Origin: the human T2T-CHM13v2.0 reference genome, Homo sapiens
Assembly: GCF_009914755.1 (NCBI RefSeq)
Contig: NC_060941.1
Direction: 5' to 3' (one strand)
Length of the DNA: 64,000 nt
The notes below the pieces were generated by a model. It worked only from the letters and a program-made list of their open reading frames with translations. It had not been told where the DNA came from and did no database searches. Shown here piece after piece: positions 1-17,880 of this stretch. How positions within the stretch are numbered: position 1 is the stretch's first letter; every line of letters begins with the position of its first letter. The position numbers were made by a program, and so were the translations under genes.

Positions 1-1381
1 TTTTTCCCAAGATGGCTTAGGCCACCTTGAACACCTTTGCATAACACATTTTGGTTATGCAAAGGTTGTGGGCCAAAAGCCAGGAGTTCCTGCTGGGAGG
101 AAAAATTGCTTGTTTTTTGGCAGGATAGTATTTGAAATTCTGTTGTTGCAAGATTTTCCTGTTGAGTAAATATGTGTGTGTTTATTTAATATGAGAAGAT
201 TTAAAAAGGAACTTAAATAGATCAATTTCATTTTGCAATATTGTATTACCTGTTTGCAATATGTAAGAGGCTAGTTCTGGGTTTATCTGTATAATTCAGT
301 TAGAAGTGCTATTGTCTTTTATGACAGTGACATATAATTATTACTATATTATTCTCATCCTAAAACATTATGTGTTGATATTTAAGAGATGAGGAAGTTG
401 CTTATAAAATCTTGATCAGATTTCTTAAACAATTCATAGAATTTTTTTAGTTCATGAGTCAACCATGTAACTACCCTGAGTTAACGAGCTTTGGTGCTAA
501 GAACTGAAATTATAATTTGATACTGCCACTTAAGGTGCTCCCTTCCCCTTCAGTCTGAACTTTAGATTCTTTCATTTCAGTGGGTTTCAAATGTAAAGTA
601 TTCTGCCGAGGTATCTTAGTGAGCCAGGACTGAAGTGAAGGGTGGAGGGAGGGATGGGGAAGGGCAGGGGGAGACTGAAAAGATGAATCCTAGGTCTCCC
701 ATTCTCACTAGATCAGAATGTTTCTCCATTGTACCTTTTGTACATTTAGCTTTCATTTAAGACTTTCGAGGAAAACCTTCTGGTTAATAAACAAGATCTG
801 AGCACTGTTGCCCTGTATCTCATGGATAAGTTTTGAGGAAGGTGGTTGTAGTGGTCTCCAGGCTGCAGTTCATGTGAGGAAAGGAAGGGCTTGCTTTGAC
901 CTGTAAATTTGTATGCCAGTAGGGGCTAATTCCTGAACTTGCTAGTGTTTTTTTTTTTTCCCCCTTCTGTATTGGGCGAATAGTACTTTTAAATAAAACT
1001 GACTTTTTTGTTTTTTTTTTGAGATAATAAAGTTAAACTTCATTAAAGTCATACCACAAAACTAGGGCAACAGGAAGGATTACTGAGATGAGGGAAAAAA
1101 TGGAGAAGTCACTTAACTTGTGACTTTGAGTGACATTGAGTGTAATTGTTGAACTCAGGACTCACCATAGCTGAAAGTTAAACAATGTGCATTAAAAAAT
1201 TGTACCTCATGGGTTTCTAATCATTTAGGCCACTGTTAGAAAAAAATGGGTTAAAATCTTTTTTTTTTTTTTTGCCTCTGCATTCCATTTATAGCTTTAT
1301 TTATTTGGGATGTCTGAGTTGGGAGGAGAGCGCAGAGATAGATCACTTAAAGCATGTTTTAGGACAGCAGATCAGAATTAG

Positions 1382-1719
<338 letters not shown>

Positions 1720-1786
1720 CATATAGTGAAATACTCTTTAGCAATAGAAAGAACCATAGATGCATGAGAATAATTGCCAAGATGTA

Positions 1787-2084
1787 TTTTTTTTTGTGGG
1801 GGGGACGGAGTCTTGCTCTGTCGCCCAGGCTGGAGGTTGGTGATGTGATCTCGGCTCACTGCAAGCTCTGCCTCCTGGGTTCACGCCATTCTCCCCACCT
1901 CAGCCTCCTGAGTAGCTGGGACTACAGGCACCCGCAACCATGCTTGGCTAACTTTTTTGTATTTTTAATAGAGACGGGGTTTCACTGTGTTAGCCAGGAT
2001 GATCTTGATCTCCTGACCTCATGATCCACCCGCCTCAGCCTCCCAAAGTGCTGGGATTACAGGTGTGAGCCACCGCGCCAGGCC
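1787..2084 (-). mobile_element. Alu (AluY/Sc-like)
   Basis: Antisense Alu with gcaagctc...ttcacgccattctc diagnostic positions; ccaagatgtatt on both flanks. Confidence 0.93.
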
Positions 2085-2839
2085 AACCAAGATGTATTAA
2101 GTAATAAAAGCAAGATACAGAACAGTGTGTTTCTAGTATGCCACCATTTACATAGGGGAAAAAGTGTGAGTGTATGTATGTGTAGGATATTTCTAAAGGA
2201 CACTCTAGAAACTAGTAACTTTGGTTGCCTTCTGGGAGGGTAACTGGGTAACAGCTGGAGGAGAAGGGCGAGGAGATTTTTCACTTTGTATTCTGTGGTA
2301 CTTTTAAAAACTCTTAAGTCCTGCATATAATGTTTATTTCTAAAAAGATCAACCCTCCCCACAATGCCACATGTTGGCTTTTCCCTTTCCACCTGGAGCA
2401 GTTGCAGATGTATAGATGAGGCGAAAGCTCCTCAGGTGGTTTTAATGTCTGGTCTCACGGAACATCTCAGCTCCTCCTAGTTCACTACTTGCTGAGAAAG
2501 CCGCAAAACATTGCAGAAAACATTAGTTTTTCCCATTTTGCCACAGACAATTTTGTGATACTGGAGGAATTATTGACTTTCTCTGATCTTCACGTTTCTC
2601 ACCTGTCAAGTCAGTGTTAGTTGGGTAATCTCAACCTTCCAATCCTTAAGATTTGCTGACCTCCATGCCTCGGGCCTTGGAAGGGAGCAGGGAGAAAATA
2701 GACTGAGGGACAGCTGGTCAGTCTTCTGACTCTTCTCCTGGTCAGCTTTCACAACAGCAGGAAACGTGACATCAGGAGAAAGGATGATATATTTATTTAA
2801 AATATTTATATATTACATGGTACCACATGCAGTTTTTAA

Positions 2840-3773
<934 letters not shown>

Positions 3774-4669
3774 TATAAGTTTTGTTTTAAAGTTAGATTG
3801 AATGATAATTCCCTAGAAAATTTTATTTTCTAAACCTAACTAGATAAAAAATATATTAATAAAAACTGGGAAATTGATCAATTTGTCATACTGAATTATT
3901 TTTTGAATTTGCCCTCTTCCCAAATACATTGAAATGATGGAAAGAAAATTAAAACTTTCATAATAAAGTATTAAATGGGTGGAGATTTTATATACATAAA
4001 ATTATATCTGTTATATTTTTATGTATACAATTATGTAATTTTCATCTTATATTTAAATTCTATTTTTTTAAAACCACCGAATTAGGTAATAATAGAACTC
4101 CGGTCTTAAAGTAAGAGTGTATGTACACACATGCACATGTACATATGTGTATATAAAATTTTTGTCATGGGAGTTTTATATATAATTAAGATAAAAATTA
4201 TATATTATGGCACACATTTTTATACATATGTAATATTCTCTACCATATGTATGTAAAATACTCCCATATTAATTATGTATAACATAAATATTTGTGTTAT
4301 CCTGAAACATAAACATAGATAATCATGTTTTAGGATGGGAATACTCAGGAGTATAAGGGTACCTGTTCTCCCATTAGTCAGTCTGTGAATTCAATATTTA
4401 TGTGTTCTCATCCAGAATTTCTCTGGGACCTGACAAGCTGACTGTGATGCTTGTGTGTAAGAGGAAATGTGCTAGAATAGCTGGGAAGGTGGTGAAAGTA
4501 GCAGCAACAACAAAGCACAGTGAGGTGAAACTTGCCCTGCTGGATATGAAACCTCATAATACTAGAGTAATTTGAAAAGTGTGGCATTGGCACAAGAAAA
4601 GACAGACAAACCAAATTAGTCTAGAATTGTGGACAAGTAGGAATATACTTTATAATGAAGATGGCTTTG

Positions 4670-4960
4670 TTTTTCTTTCTTTTTTTTTTTTTGAGATGGA
4701 GTCTTACTCTGTTGCCCTGGCTGGTGTGCAATGGCGTGATCTCGGCTCACTGAACCTCTGCCTCCCAGGCTCAAGCGATTCTCTTGCCTCAGCCTCCCAA
4801 GTAGCTGGGATTACAGGCGCATGTCACCATGCCCGGCTAATTTTTGTATTTTTAGTAGAAAAGAAGTTTCACCATGTTGGCCAGGCTGGTCTCGAACTCC
4901 TGACCTCAAGTGATCTGCCCGCCTCAGCCTCCCAGAGTGCTGGGATTACAGGAGGAGCCA
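4670..4960 (-). mobile_element. Alu (AluS)
   Basis: Antisense Alu with poly-T. Confidence 0.92.
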
Positions 4961-5521
4961 CTACTTATGACCTTCTTTTTCTTTATTTGCTATTTCAGTT
5001 CCATAGAAGCATGCGAAGAGTAACATAACAAATGTCCATCTACCTACCATCTGTGATTACAAAACTTAGTATTTTATCATCCTTGCTTCAGAATTATTTA
5101 ATAAAGACAATACTTCCTCTGCACAAATGCTTACCTTAAAACTACTCTTGAATTATTTTCACGATTGACTTATCAACTCCCAAATTTAAAACCATGTATT
5201 TTTGTCTTTATATTCCTCAGACATTTATAGAAAGTTATTTACTGAGCAGTTACTATGTGCCAGATATTATGCTGTTTTTATATACTGTTTTTACTTTATA
5301 TAGCTAATTATATTATTTGTCACATATTAACCTATTTTAAATATAAAAAGAAATGACGCATTAATGTTTTCAAACCTTGGTAACTTTTATTAAGTAAATA
5401 CTTGAGAGGAAGCTTTTACTGGTAATTGTGGTTTTATTTATGTAGCTATAGTTATAATTTATTAGAAGTACACTTGGTGTTTTAGTTCTTATTAATTCTA
5501 TTTTTTTCCCATCCTGTTCAG

Positions 5522-5697
5522 GTGGTTTCCTAGAAACATGATTGTTTATTGGCGTTGATCTCAGTCTGGTGAGGACTTCTTTACTGATAATGTCAAGTTC
5601 AGGTTACCCTCCCAACCAAGGAGCATTCAGCACAGAACAAAGTCGTTATCCTCCTCACTCTGTAAAGTATACGTTTCCCAGCACCCGCCACCAGCAG
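5522..5697 (+). pseudogene. NCOR1P: NCOR1-derived first coding exon (68-nt UTR + 108 coding nt)
   Basis: Acceptor ...ctgttcAG at 5520-5521, ATG at 5590, encodes MSSSGYPPNQGAFSTEQSRYPPHSVKYTFPSTRHQQ, donor GTAAGG at 5698. Confidence 0.95.
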
Positions 5698-6448
5698 GTA
5701 AGGAACAAATACTATGCAAATTGCACGTGTTTTTTGTGTTTTTCTTTACTTTTCCTATTTAATACACATGTTGGTAGAAACCACCAAATTTACCTTTTTT
5801 TTTAAGTGGCAAGAGCTATTTACAAAGACGAGGAACCAAAGGTTGGGAATTAATTATTTCTGTCTTCTTACTGTGGCTTTATGCCAATTTCAGGAGTTGA
5901 ACTTGTCTTTGCTTTTGATGACAGGAGTTGATGATAAATAGAAAACTTATCAATTCTCTAGAATTTCTAGGGTAAGACCTATATTTATACTCCCAAGTTG
6001 TGGTTGAGTTTTAAGCTGGCCAGATAACTTGGCATGTCTTGAGTGATGGCCAGGATAAAGACCTCTGTCTTCTTGAGAGATTGATGGTACGAAGATTTGT
6101 ATAGTAGGTAGGAAGGAAGGAAGGGATGGTAGATAGGAAGGAAGACTTTATCATAGGAAGAGTTTGTAAGAGATTGATTTACCTTGTGAAAAATAAAGTA
6201 TGAGGTGAAATAATCATCTCAGAGTAGACCAAGGATATGGGTGTAAGAGGTTTAAAGAAAAATAGGAAAGGATGGGATAAAACGGTCCTCTCAGAGACTC
6301 AGAAAGCAGATTTGTCATCAGAATGTACTACGGGGTCCTCCTGAGGACTCCTTTGAAGTGTAGTCATGATTACAGAGTTAGAATGGACATTCTTACGTTG
6401 TTCCTGTGTAGGGAGGCATTTAGTCTTTTACCATTACGTGTAATGTTA

Positions 6449-6928
<480 letters not shown>

Positions 6929-7406
6929 TTAGTTTATATATATACACATATATCTATATTAGAATGCACTCAGTATATGTGTACATTGTAACAAATTTTG
7001 ACAAAGTCATAAACTCACAGAACCATCACCAAAATGAAGATGAACAACATTTCTAACACTCCAGCACGTTCCTTGGCACCCCATCCTCCTTGGCACCCAC
7101 CCGTGTCAGTCCTCCTCCCCCACTTCCTACTAACCTCAGCTCCTAGGAAACCACTGATCTGCTATCTATCATCAAACATTGTATACTTTCTGAGCTTCAT
7201 GGGAACTCTTTTGTCTGTGACCTTTGGCTTCCCATAATACTTCTGTGATCTATCCATGTCTGGCATGTCTCAGTTCATTCCTTTTTATTGTTGAGATGGG
7301 TATAACACAATTTGTTTATCCAGTCACCTATTCCAGTTTTTGATTATTATAGGTAAAATTACTTAGAAAACATATATCTATATATCTGTTGTATCTAGAT
7401 TATTAA

Positions 7407-7775
<369 letters not shown>

Positions 7776-7907
7776 TGATGTATTATTTTTACTGTTCATT
7801 TTTTGTGCTTTTTGTGTCAAACCTAAGACGTTTTTGCGAAATTCAAGGTCACTAAGATTTTCACTTACGTTTTCTTTTTTTCTATTTTTGTTTTGTTTTG
7901 CTTTTGG

Positions 7908-8208
<301 letters not shown>

Positions 8209-8382
8209 CAATTTTCACTTATGTTTTCTTCTCTAAGTTTTATAATTATAGGTCTTTCATTTAGGTAAATTACCTATTTTGAATTAAAGTTTTATATGTG
8301 GTGTAGTAAGCATTGAGTTTCAGTCTTTCTGCATTAAGAATGATGTTAGCTTGGGGAGTGCTCTTTACTCCTGTTTTCTTAA

Positions 8383-8856
<474 letters not shown>

Positions 8857-9859
8857 TAAAATGTTTTTACTGCCATCAAATCTTTTTCCTATAGTGTTTA
8901 TTAACCTTTATGCCTAATTGCCCTTTCTTCCCTGATATCAGATAAATAAGTACCCACACATTTTCTTTGAGTTTTCATGCAATGAAGAGTAATTTAAAAG
9001 ATAATAAATGTATCTACAATTTATTTTCAAATAGTTCAGCCAAAATGAAGTTTTATACACATACACAGACAAACACAGAAAGCAAATATGTTAAAATGTT
9101 AACTACTGGTGAATCCAGATGAAGGATAAATGAGTGTCCATTACACTGTTCCTTCAACTTTTAAGTGAATTTGAAATTTTTCAAAATAGTAAGTTCGATG
9201 GGGAAAAATTCTTTGCTGTAAGCTAGAAATTAGCTAAGCTTCTAGGTGTTTTGTGACCCACCTTATCATGTAAAATATCTTTATCATACAGTAATCTGTG
9301 GGGTTTATAAGAAATGTTCTGCTGCATTAAAAAAATGAAATTTAAAACTATAGTGAATAAAGGTCATCTTCCATGGCTGAATACATTACCACAAATGTAG
9401 TTTATAGAATTTCGTTTTTTAGCAGAAAAGTGTCTTAAAAACTCATTCATTAAAATGAGTGTGTTGTGTTGTAGTGTGACCCATTTCCATGTCATAGTTG
9501 AGAAACTGGATGTTCAGAAGAATTAAGTGACCTAGGTAGTACCTCCTGAGTTGGAATTAACCTAGGACCCCTGACTCTAGTCCTGCTTTTTCTCCTCTAA
9601 AGTGTAAACCATGACTACTACTACTAACTAATACTTCTCTTTCCATCTCCCTCTCCCCATTCTCTCCCAACTGCCCACCTCCAGAAGTAAGGATTTAAAA
9701 AGAACTAACATTTGTTAGATTTTTTTTTAAATGTTAAGCCTAGGTATATCATTTATAGAAGAATTAAGTAAGCTTGAAAGAAAAAATTACCTACAGTTTT
9801 ACCAGTTAAAAGTTATTAACATTTTCATGTTGAGTCTTCCCTATTTGTGTGTGTATTAT

Positions 9860-9900
9860 TTTAATTTTAATTTAATTTAATTTAATTTAATTTAATTTTA
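9860..9900. repeat. (TTTAA)n microsatellite
   Basis: About 8 tandem TTTAA units. Confidence 0.9.
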
Positions 9901-10219
9901 TAGGTTCTTTTTTCTTTTTTTTTTCTTTTTGCTGCTGCTCCTTGTGGAACAGGGCTAACCCATAGGCAGTGTGTCCAGAGTCAGCCCTTACGAGTATTTT
10001 AATGTGCTCACTTTGTACATTCTGTTTAACTTTACTTTTGTTTAAATATGTGCTTAGCTTCTTTTCGTGCCAATAAGTTTACAACTGTATTGTTAGTGGC
10101 TACTTAGTATTCCACATATGAATAAATAAAGTTCACTGATTAAATAAAGTTATTTATTTAATCAGTTGTCATACATTTAGCTTGCCTGTTTGTTCAGAAG
10201 TACGGTGTTGTGACGTGCA

Positions 10220-10513
10220 TTTTTTTTTTTTTTTTTTGAGACAGAGTCTCACTTTTGTTGCCCAGGCTGGAGTGCAGTGGCACGATCTTGGCTCACTGCA
10301 ACCTATATCTCCCAGCGATTCTCCTGCCTCAGGCTCCCGATTAGCTGGGACTACAGGCGCATGCCACCAAGTTCAGATAATTTTTGTATTTTTAGTGGAG
10401 ATGAGGTTTCACCATGTTGGCCAGGCTGGTCTCGAACTTCTGACCTCAGGTGATCTGCACACCTTGGTCCCCCAAAGTGCTGGGATTATAGGCATAAGCC
10501 ACTGCAGCTGGCC
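10220..10513 (-). mobile_element. Alu (AluS, small internal deletion)
   Basis: Antisense Alu with poly-T. Confidence 0.9.
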
Positions 10514-10700
10514 CATACATTATTTAGGTTTTTTTTTGTATGCATTCTTACTTATTTCCTTAAGGTAGATTTCTTTTAGTATAATTAATTACAGACCAGG
10601 TTGATTTTTAAGGTTCAGTGGGTATTTCCAGATTGTCCTGCAAAAGACTAGGGCCAGTTCTTAACTCCTGGCAACAATGTATAAAGGTACCCACTTCTTG

Positions 10701-11045
<345 letters not shown>

Positions 11046-11273
11046 TTATTGTTTAACAAAAAGATTGTTAATTTGATGAATGATTGTTTTTAACTTATAC
11101 TTATTATTTGTTAGTAAAATGTAACTTTTTTATTTGTTTATTGGTTATTTTTCCTGTTTTGTAAATTGTTTTTTCATATATGTTGCCCATTTTTCTGTTG
11201 GTTTATTTTATATTGAGTTATTAGAGTGCATGTTTTGCAAATGGTTTCCCTATTTAATCATTTGCCTTTTTAA

Positions 11274-11689
<416 letters not shown>

Positions 11690-12408
11690 TAATGTCTTTT
11701 ATATCTTTTGCTTTTGGCTTTCCTGAACCCAAGATAATGTGAATCTTTTTTTTTTAACTTGAGGCTTTTTGTGATTTGCTAATAAGCCTCTTGTAAGTGT
11801 TTGCTATTACTTGGCTTTTTTTAATGTAAGATATGAGGTAAGAATCTAATTCTTTTTCTTCAGGATTGGTATCTGGCTGTTTCAACCCAAGATTGTAAGC
11901 TTCATGAAGGCAGATATCTTGTCTGTTTTGATCCACCACCCTATTCCTGTTATACAAGTAGGCACTTGAGGATTTGGTTTCTTATTAAATATTTAATATT
12001 TAGAAAGGAAGTCAGTGGAAAATATTTATTTGTAATATTAATTCTTTGGGCATGCATCAGAATCACCAGAGGAGCACTTTTGAAGTCTGCTGAATCAAAA
12101 TGTAATCTCTTTTGCTATTATATATGTTTCTGTAACACAAACTTACTCATATGCATATAGTGGGAGAATGATATTAATGTATCATGAAAGTCCTGGTGGT
12201 TCATCAAAGATCTTTCTTTATGCGTTAACATTTCTAAGTTCTCAGGAGTACGCGTCTCATAATGAAGAAAAAGGCTTCAGAACACATGAAGACTTAAAAA
12301 TATTTGAACATTCTGCATTTAGTTTTCATTTAGTGCAAGTAGTAACTGGTTTAGTGAATTTAAGAACTGTTGTGCTTTTCACGGTGTTACTGAAGATTCG
12401 AGCATTGA

Positions 12409-12811
<403 letters not shown>

Positions 12812-14043
12812 ACTGATATTTTATTTAGATGAAACATAGTGGTTTATTTTGGAAGCCAGTGACCTCACGGATTTATATCTTAAGAGAGGAATCATAAACT
12901 GTAGGGCTTAAAGCTGCCAAAGATTGACTGTATGCCAGATGCAAAGGATACTGGAGCTTTAACTTTATTAAGTCTATTAGAATTGTTATTGCTTTTATTG
13001 GTGCTTTCCTTACAGAATTGTACAGGTTTTAGGGTATAGCCATTATCTTATTTTCCCAGAAGGCCTCTTAGATTCAGTGCATACTATTACAGAATATGAG
13101 GCTTTTCACCAATGTATATTAGCTGAAATATCTGTACTAAGGTGTTTTGAAGCAACTGTCCAGTTATCTCCTGTATGCATTCTTGGCTCAGAACTATTGA
13201 CTTTTCACAGTTCCTTAATCATTATTTAATATATTTTAGGGTTCTGTAATCCCGTGAACTACCCTCATTGTAGGTTTCTCATAGTCTAAGTAAAATTAGT
13301 ACTCTAAAATTTATCTGTTTTATAATATTGCTTATGTCTTTACAGCAGACTGGAAATTAATAGGGTGTGTGTGGATGTGTGTTGGAGGGTAGTGGATTTT
13401 GGGTGAAAGGGCTTTCATTCTGCTACAGCTCTGCTGATTTGGAGGCGCAATGGGATGTTTTTGGCTAAGGAAATGTTACGTATGCTGTAGTGTGGGCTTT
13501 ATGAAAGTAGGCCCAGAGATAGTAGCAACTGAAGTTCCTAGGTCACTTCTCTGACTCGTGTACCTCAGTTTTGGTTTGGAAAGCCTGAAAACTTTTGATA
13601 GGAACACTTGGCCATGTTATAGTTGTTAAGTTGGGTGGACACACAGGTTTTACCTGGAATAATACTATTTCCCAGCCAGTTGTTCAGACCATTTGAAGAG
13701 CCATTGCAAGGAAATGGCTGAGAAGTTGGTATCTTCCTTTGTCATGATTGCATTATTTACCTATAAATTCTCTATAATTTCAGTATTGTTACACTAGAGG
13801 CTGATCAACACTAACTCACCTGACTTTGTATAGCTTTTAGGCTCTTCAAAATAGTACATGGTATATCTAAACTACAAAAGTGAGGTGAGAATTTGCATAT
13901 ATATAAATATGAAAGTTACTACTAAACATTAGACACATAGTACACATGGTTCTGCTGTGGTTTAAAACTGGCTTTTTCATTTAAGGCAATCTGGACTCTA
14001 TTAGTGAGAAATAAATTGTTTTTCCTGGTTTTATTCTCTAAAG

Positions 14044-14226
14044 GATCCAACATTTGGAGGCAAACATGAAGCTCCATCCTCTCCAATTTCGAGGCAACCG
14101 TGTGGAGATGATCAAAATGCTTCACCTTCAAAACTTTCAAAGGAAGAGTTAATACAGAGTATGGATCGTATAAATCGAGAAATTGCAAAAGTAGAACAGC
14201 AGATCCTTAAACTGAAGAAGAAACAA
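14044..14226 (+). pseudogene. NCOR1P: NCOR1-derived 183-nt exon (GPS2-binding coiled-coil region)
   Basis: Acceptor AG at 14042-14043, encodes DPTFGGKHEAPSSPISRQPCGDDQNASPSKLSKEELIQSMDRINREIAKVEQQILKLKKKQ, donor GTAAAA at 14227. Confidence 0.95.
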
Positions 14227-14924
14227 GTAAAAGTCTTTGCTTATAATATTCTAAGAATGTGTGTTTTTCTCCCTACAGAAGATATTTTTGAGTTTTCCAT
14301 ATTATGAAACTGTACATAAAAGGAATCATGCCTTATATATTCTGGCTTGCTGTTTTTTGCTGCTATTGTGGTTTTCTTTCATTCATTCATTTTCCTTGCT
14401 GCACTGTCTGATCATATGATTGTAGAGAGTGAAATTTGTCCATTCTATTTTTGATTTTTTTTTCTATTCCATACACTGGTGCTGGTTTTTGGTTCACATG
14501 TAGAGATTTTCTAGGGCATGTGCCCAGGAATGGCAGTGCTTGGCCCAAGATTATGCACAGTGAACTATTTAATAGATGACACCAAATTTGCTAAGAAGTA
14601 ACACCATTTTACATTCCCACTGGCAACTTACGTGGGTACTGGTTTGTGCACATTCTTGCCTTTACTTGATATCATTTTTTCATTTGGATATGAAATAGTC
14701 TTCTCTGTGGTTTGGAAGGAGGCTGAGCTTATTTTCATTTGTTTATGGGTTATTTGGGTTCCTTATGTGCATTGTTCATGTCTTTTGTCTATAGTCTCCT
14801 ATTTTGTCATTGAAATTTTTAGGATTCCCTGAAGTCCCTTGTCAGGTATGTGTATAGAAGATTTGCCTAGTTTGTGGCCTGTCACTTCACTTTTAGCCCA
14901 GTATCCACTCTAAGTGTACACTAA

Positions 14925-15070
<146 letters not shown>

Positions 15071-15074
15071 TATA

Positions 15075-17200
15075 AGTGCTTTTAATGTATTCATAAAGTT
15101 GTACAGCTATCACCACTCTCTAACTCTAGAAGATTTTTATCGTTTCAAAAAGAAACTCCATACTTACTAGCAGTTACTCCCCATTTCCCCCTTTCCCCAG
15201 CCCCTGGCAACCACTAGACTATTCTCTGTCTCTATGGACTAGCATGTGCCAAATATCAGAAAAAACAGAATCATATGTGACCTTTGGTGTTTGGCTTCAT
15301 TTGTTTAGCATGTTGTCCTGATTCATCCATGTCGTATCTTGTCTCAGCACCTCATTACTTTATATGCCTGAATCCCATTGCGTGAGTATACTATGTTTTG
15401 TTTATCCATTCATTAGTTCATGGATATTGGAGTTGTGTTCATTTTTTGACTATGATTAATAATGTACTGTGATGAGATTCATGTACTCGTTTTTGTGAGG
15501 ACGTATTTTTACAATTTTCTTTATATGTCTAGGAGTGGGCATATGGTAAATCTATGTTTAAATTTTTTGAAAAACTTCAAAACTGTTTTCCAAAGTCTCT
15601 GTACCATTTTATATTCTTACCAGCAGTGTATGGAGGTTCCATTTTTTCCTACCTCCTTGCCAACATCTGTTATTTTCCTTTTTTTTAAAAAAAATAGCTA
15701 TTCTTGTAGATGTGAAGTGGTATCTAGTTGTAGTTTTCATTTGCATATCCTTAATGACTAATGATGTTGAGCATCTTTTCATGTGCTGATTGGCCATTTG
15801 TATATCTTTTTAGAGAAATGTTCATTTAGATTGTTTGCTCATTTAATTGGGTTGTCTTTTTGTTACTCTAAGAATTCTTTATATATTCTGGACATTAGTT
15901 CTTCATCAGATGTATGACTTAATAGGTATTTTCTCTCATTCTGTGGGTTCTTTTCACTTTCCTGATAGTATCCTTTGATGTACAAAGTTTTGAATTTTGT
16001 TGAAGTCCAGTTTGTTTTTTCCTTTTGTCACTCTTGCATTTGGTGTTGTATCTAAGACCCATTGCCTAATTCACGGTCACAGATTTATACCTATGTTTTC
16101 TTCTACAAATTTTATAGTTTTACCCCTTATATTTGGGTCTTTGATCCTGATAGTGTTTTTCTGGTGAACAGAATTTGTTTAGGTTTTATATGAAAACCCA
16201 CTGGGGTTATTAAGGTAGTTTTACTGTATTATTTGTAGAAGTTTTATAGTTTTGCTTCTCATCTTATTCTTAATCCACTGGAAACTACATATTGTATAGT
16301 CAGTGTTCATTTATATTTACTCAGATATTTGTCTTCTTAAGTGCTCACCATTTCTTCTCACAACTTAAGTCTTTCATCTAGGGGAACACTCTTCTACTGA
16401 AGAACATCTCTTAGAATTTCCTTTAGTGAAGGTCTCTTAGTTAGCAAAGTCAGTATTTGTTTGGTTTTTATGACTTAAATATTGTCTTATATTTGGGCTG
16501 TTTATTAAAAGATATATTAATTTCATATGTGATTATTTTTTCTTAGTACATTGTCTTCTTGCTTCCATTTTTAAGACATTAGCTCTTGGTCTAAGTCCAT
16601 ATTCTTTCATGGATAAAGTGAATTTTCTCTCTGCTTATTTTCAATATATTCTTTTCTTCAGGGTTCCGTTATTTTTATGATGATACATTTAGGTGGTTTT
16701 TTTTTTCCCTTTTAAATCTGTCCAACTTGAGCTTCCTGAATATGAAGGGTGGAGTTTTTCATCACTTTGGGGAAATTCCAAGCCATTATCTTTTTTACAA
16801 AACCTTTCTAACAGTTTATTGTTCTACTTATGAAATCCTGTTAGTTGTAATATCACTCTTGTCTTCCATGTCTCTTGTTTGTTTCTTATTTTTTACTTCT
16901 TTGGGCTTCCTTCTGAGCAATTTCTTCAGCCTGTCTTCCAGTTTGCATTTTCCTTTTCAATTATATGTAATCTGCTGTCAAATCTGTCTTCAATTTCAAC
17001 AATTATGTTTTTATTTCTGGAATTTCTGTTTGGCTCCTTCTCAAATCTGCCTGGTCATTTTTTAAAATGTTTTTTTGCTTTCATTGAGTTGTATTAAATT
17101 TTTATTATATACCCAACAATTCTAATTAAGTCTTTATTGGTTTGATTTTGCCGAGTCTCTTTTCTTTTTTCTTTTGTCTTTATTTTCTTTACTTGTACAA
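15075..17200 (-). mobile_element. Old L1 (L1M-class) fragments, including ORF2 C-terminus/3'UTR
   Basis: Minus-strand ORF 15609-15797 ([29 protein letters not shown]...) is L1 ORF2p C-terminal sequence; T-rich antisense L1 texture throughout. Confidence 0.8.
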
Positions 17201-17566
17201 TGGTAATAATCTAGTAATAACACCAACTAAATCACATGATTGTTTTATGAATTGAGATAATGAATATATTGCATAATATGTGGTACATAGTTAATGTACA
17301 TGCAATCCATTATAATAATTAGAAATAATGAAATATAATGTATGATTATTAGGAAATGTACCAGAGCCACAAATTTTATTGAGCGATATAAAAGACAACT
17401 AGAGGAAACAAAGAAATGTGCCATAGCTGGATGGAAACAGTAATAATAATGTTGTGTGTTCATCTTGGACTAAATCATGTCTCATACAATTTCAATAAAA
17501 TTCCAATTAAATTTATTTTTAAAACATGGCAAATACATTGTAAATTTAATGTAAAAGAACAAACAG

Positions 17567-17880
17567 GGCCAGGCTCAGTGGCTCAACCTGTAATCCCAGC
17601 ACTTTGGGAGGCTGAGGCAGGCATATCACAAGGTCAGGAGATCGAGACCATCCTGGCTAACACGGTGAAACCCCATCTTTACCATAATACAAAAAATTAG
17701 CTGGCGTGGTTGCAGGTGCCTGTAGTCCCAGCTACTCAGGAGTCTGAGGCAGGAGAATGGCGTGAACCCAGAAGGAGGAGCTTGTGGTGAGTGGAGATCA
17801 CGCCACTGCACTCCAGCTTGGGCGACAGAGCGAGATTCCATCTCAAAAATAAAATAAAATAAAATATAAAAAGAAAAAGA
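17567..17880 (+). mobile_element. Alu (AluY/Sc-like)
   Basis: Sense Alu with gagatcgagaccatcctggctaacacgg and (AAAAT)n tail. Confidence 0.93.

Noticed and set aside
5542-5805. 87-aa ORF containing the NCOR1 N-terminus as a standalone CDS
   Set aside because: It reads past the GTAAGG donor into intron; the meaningful unit is the exon.
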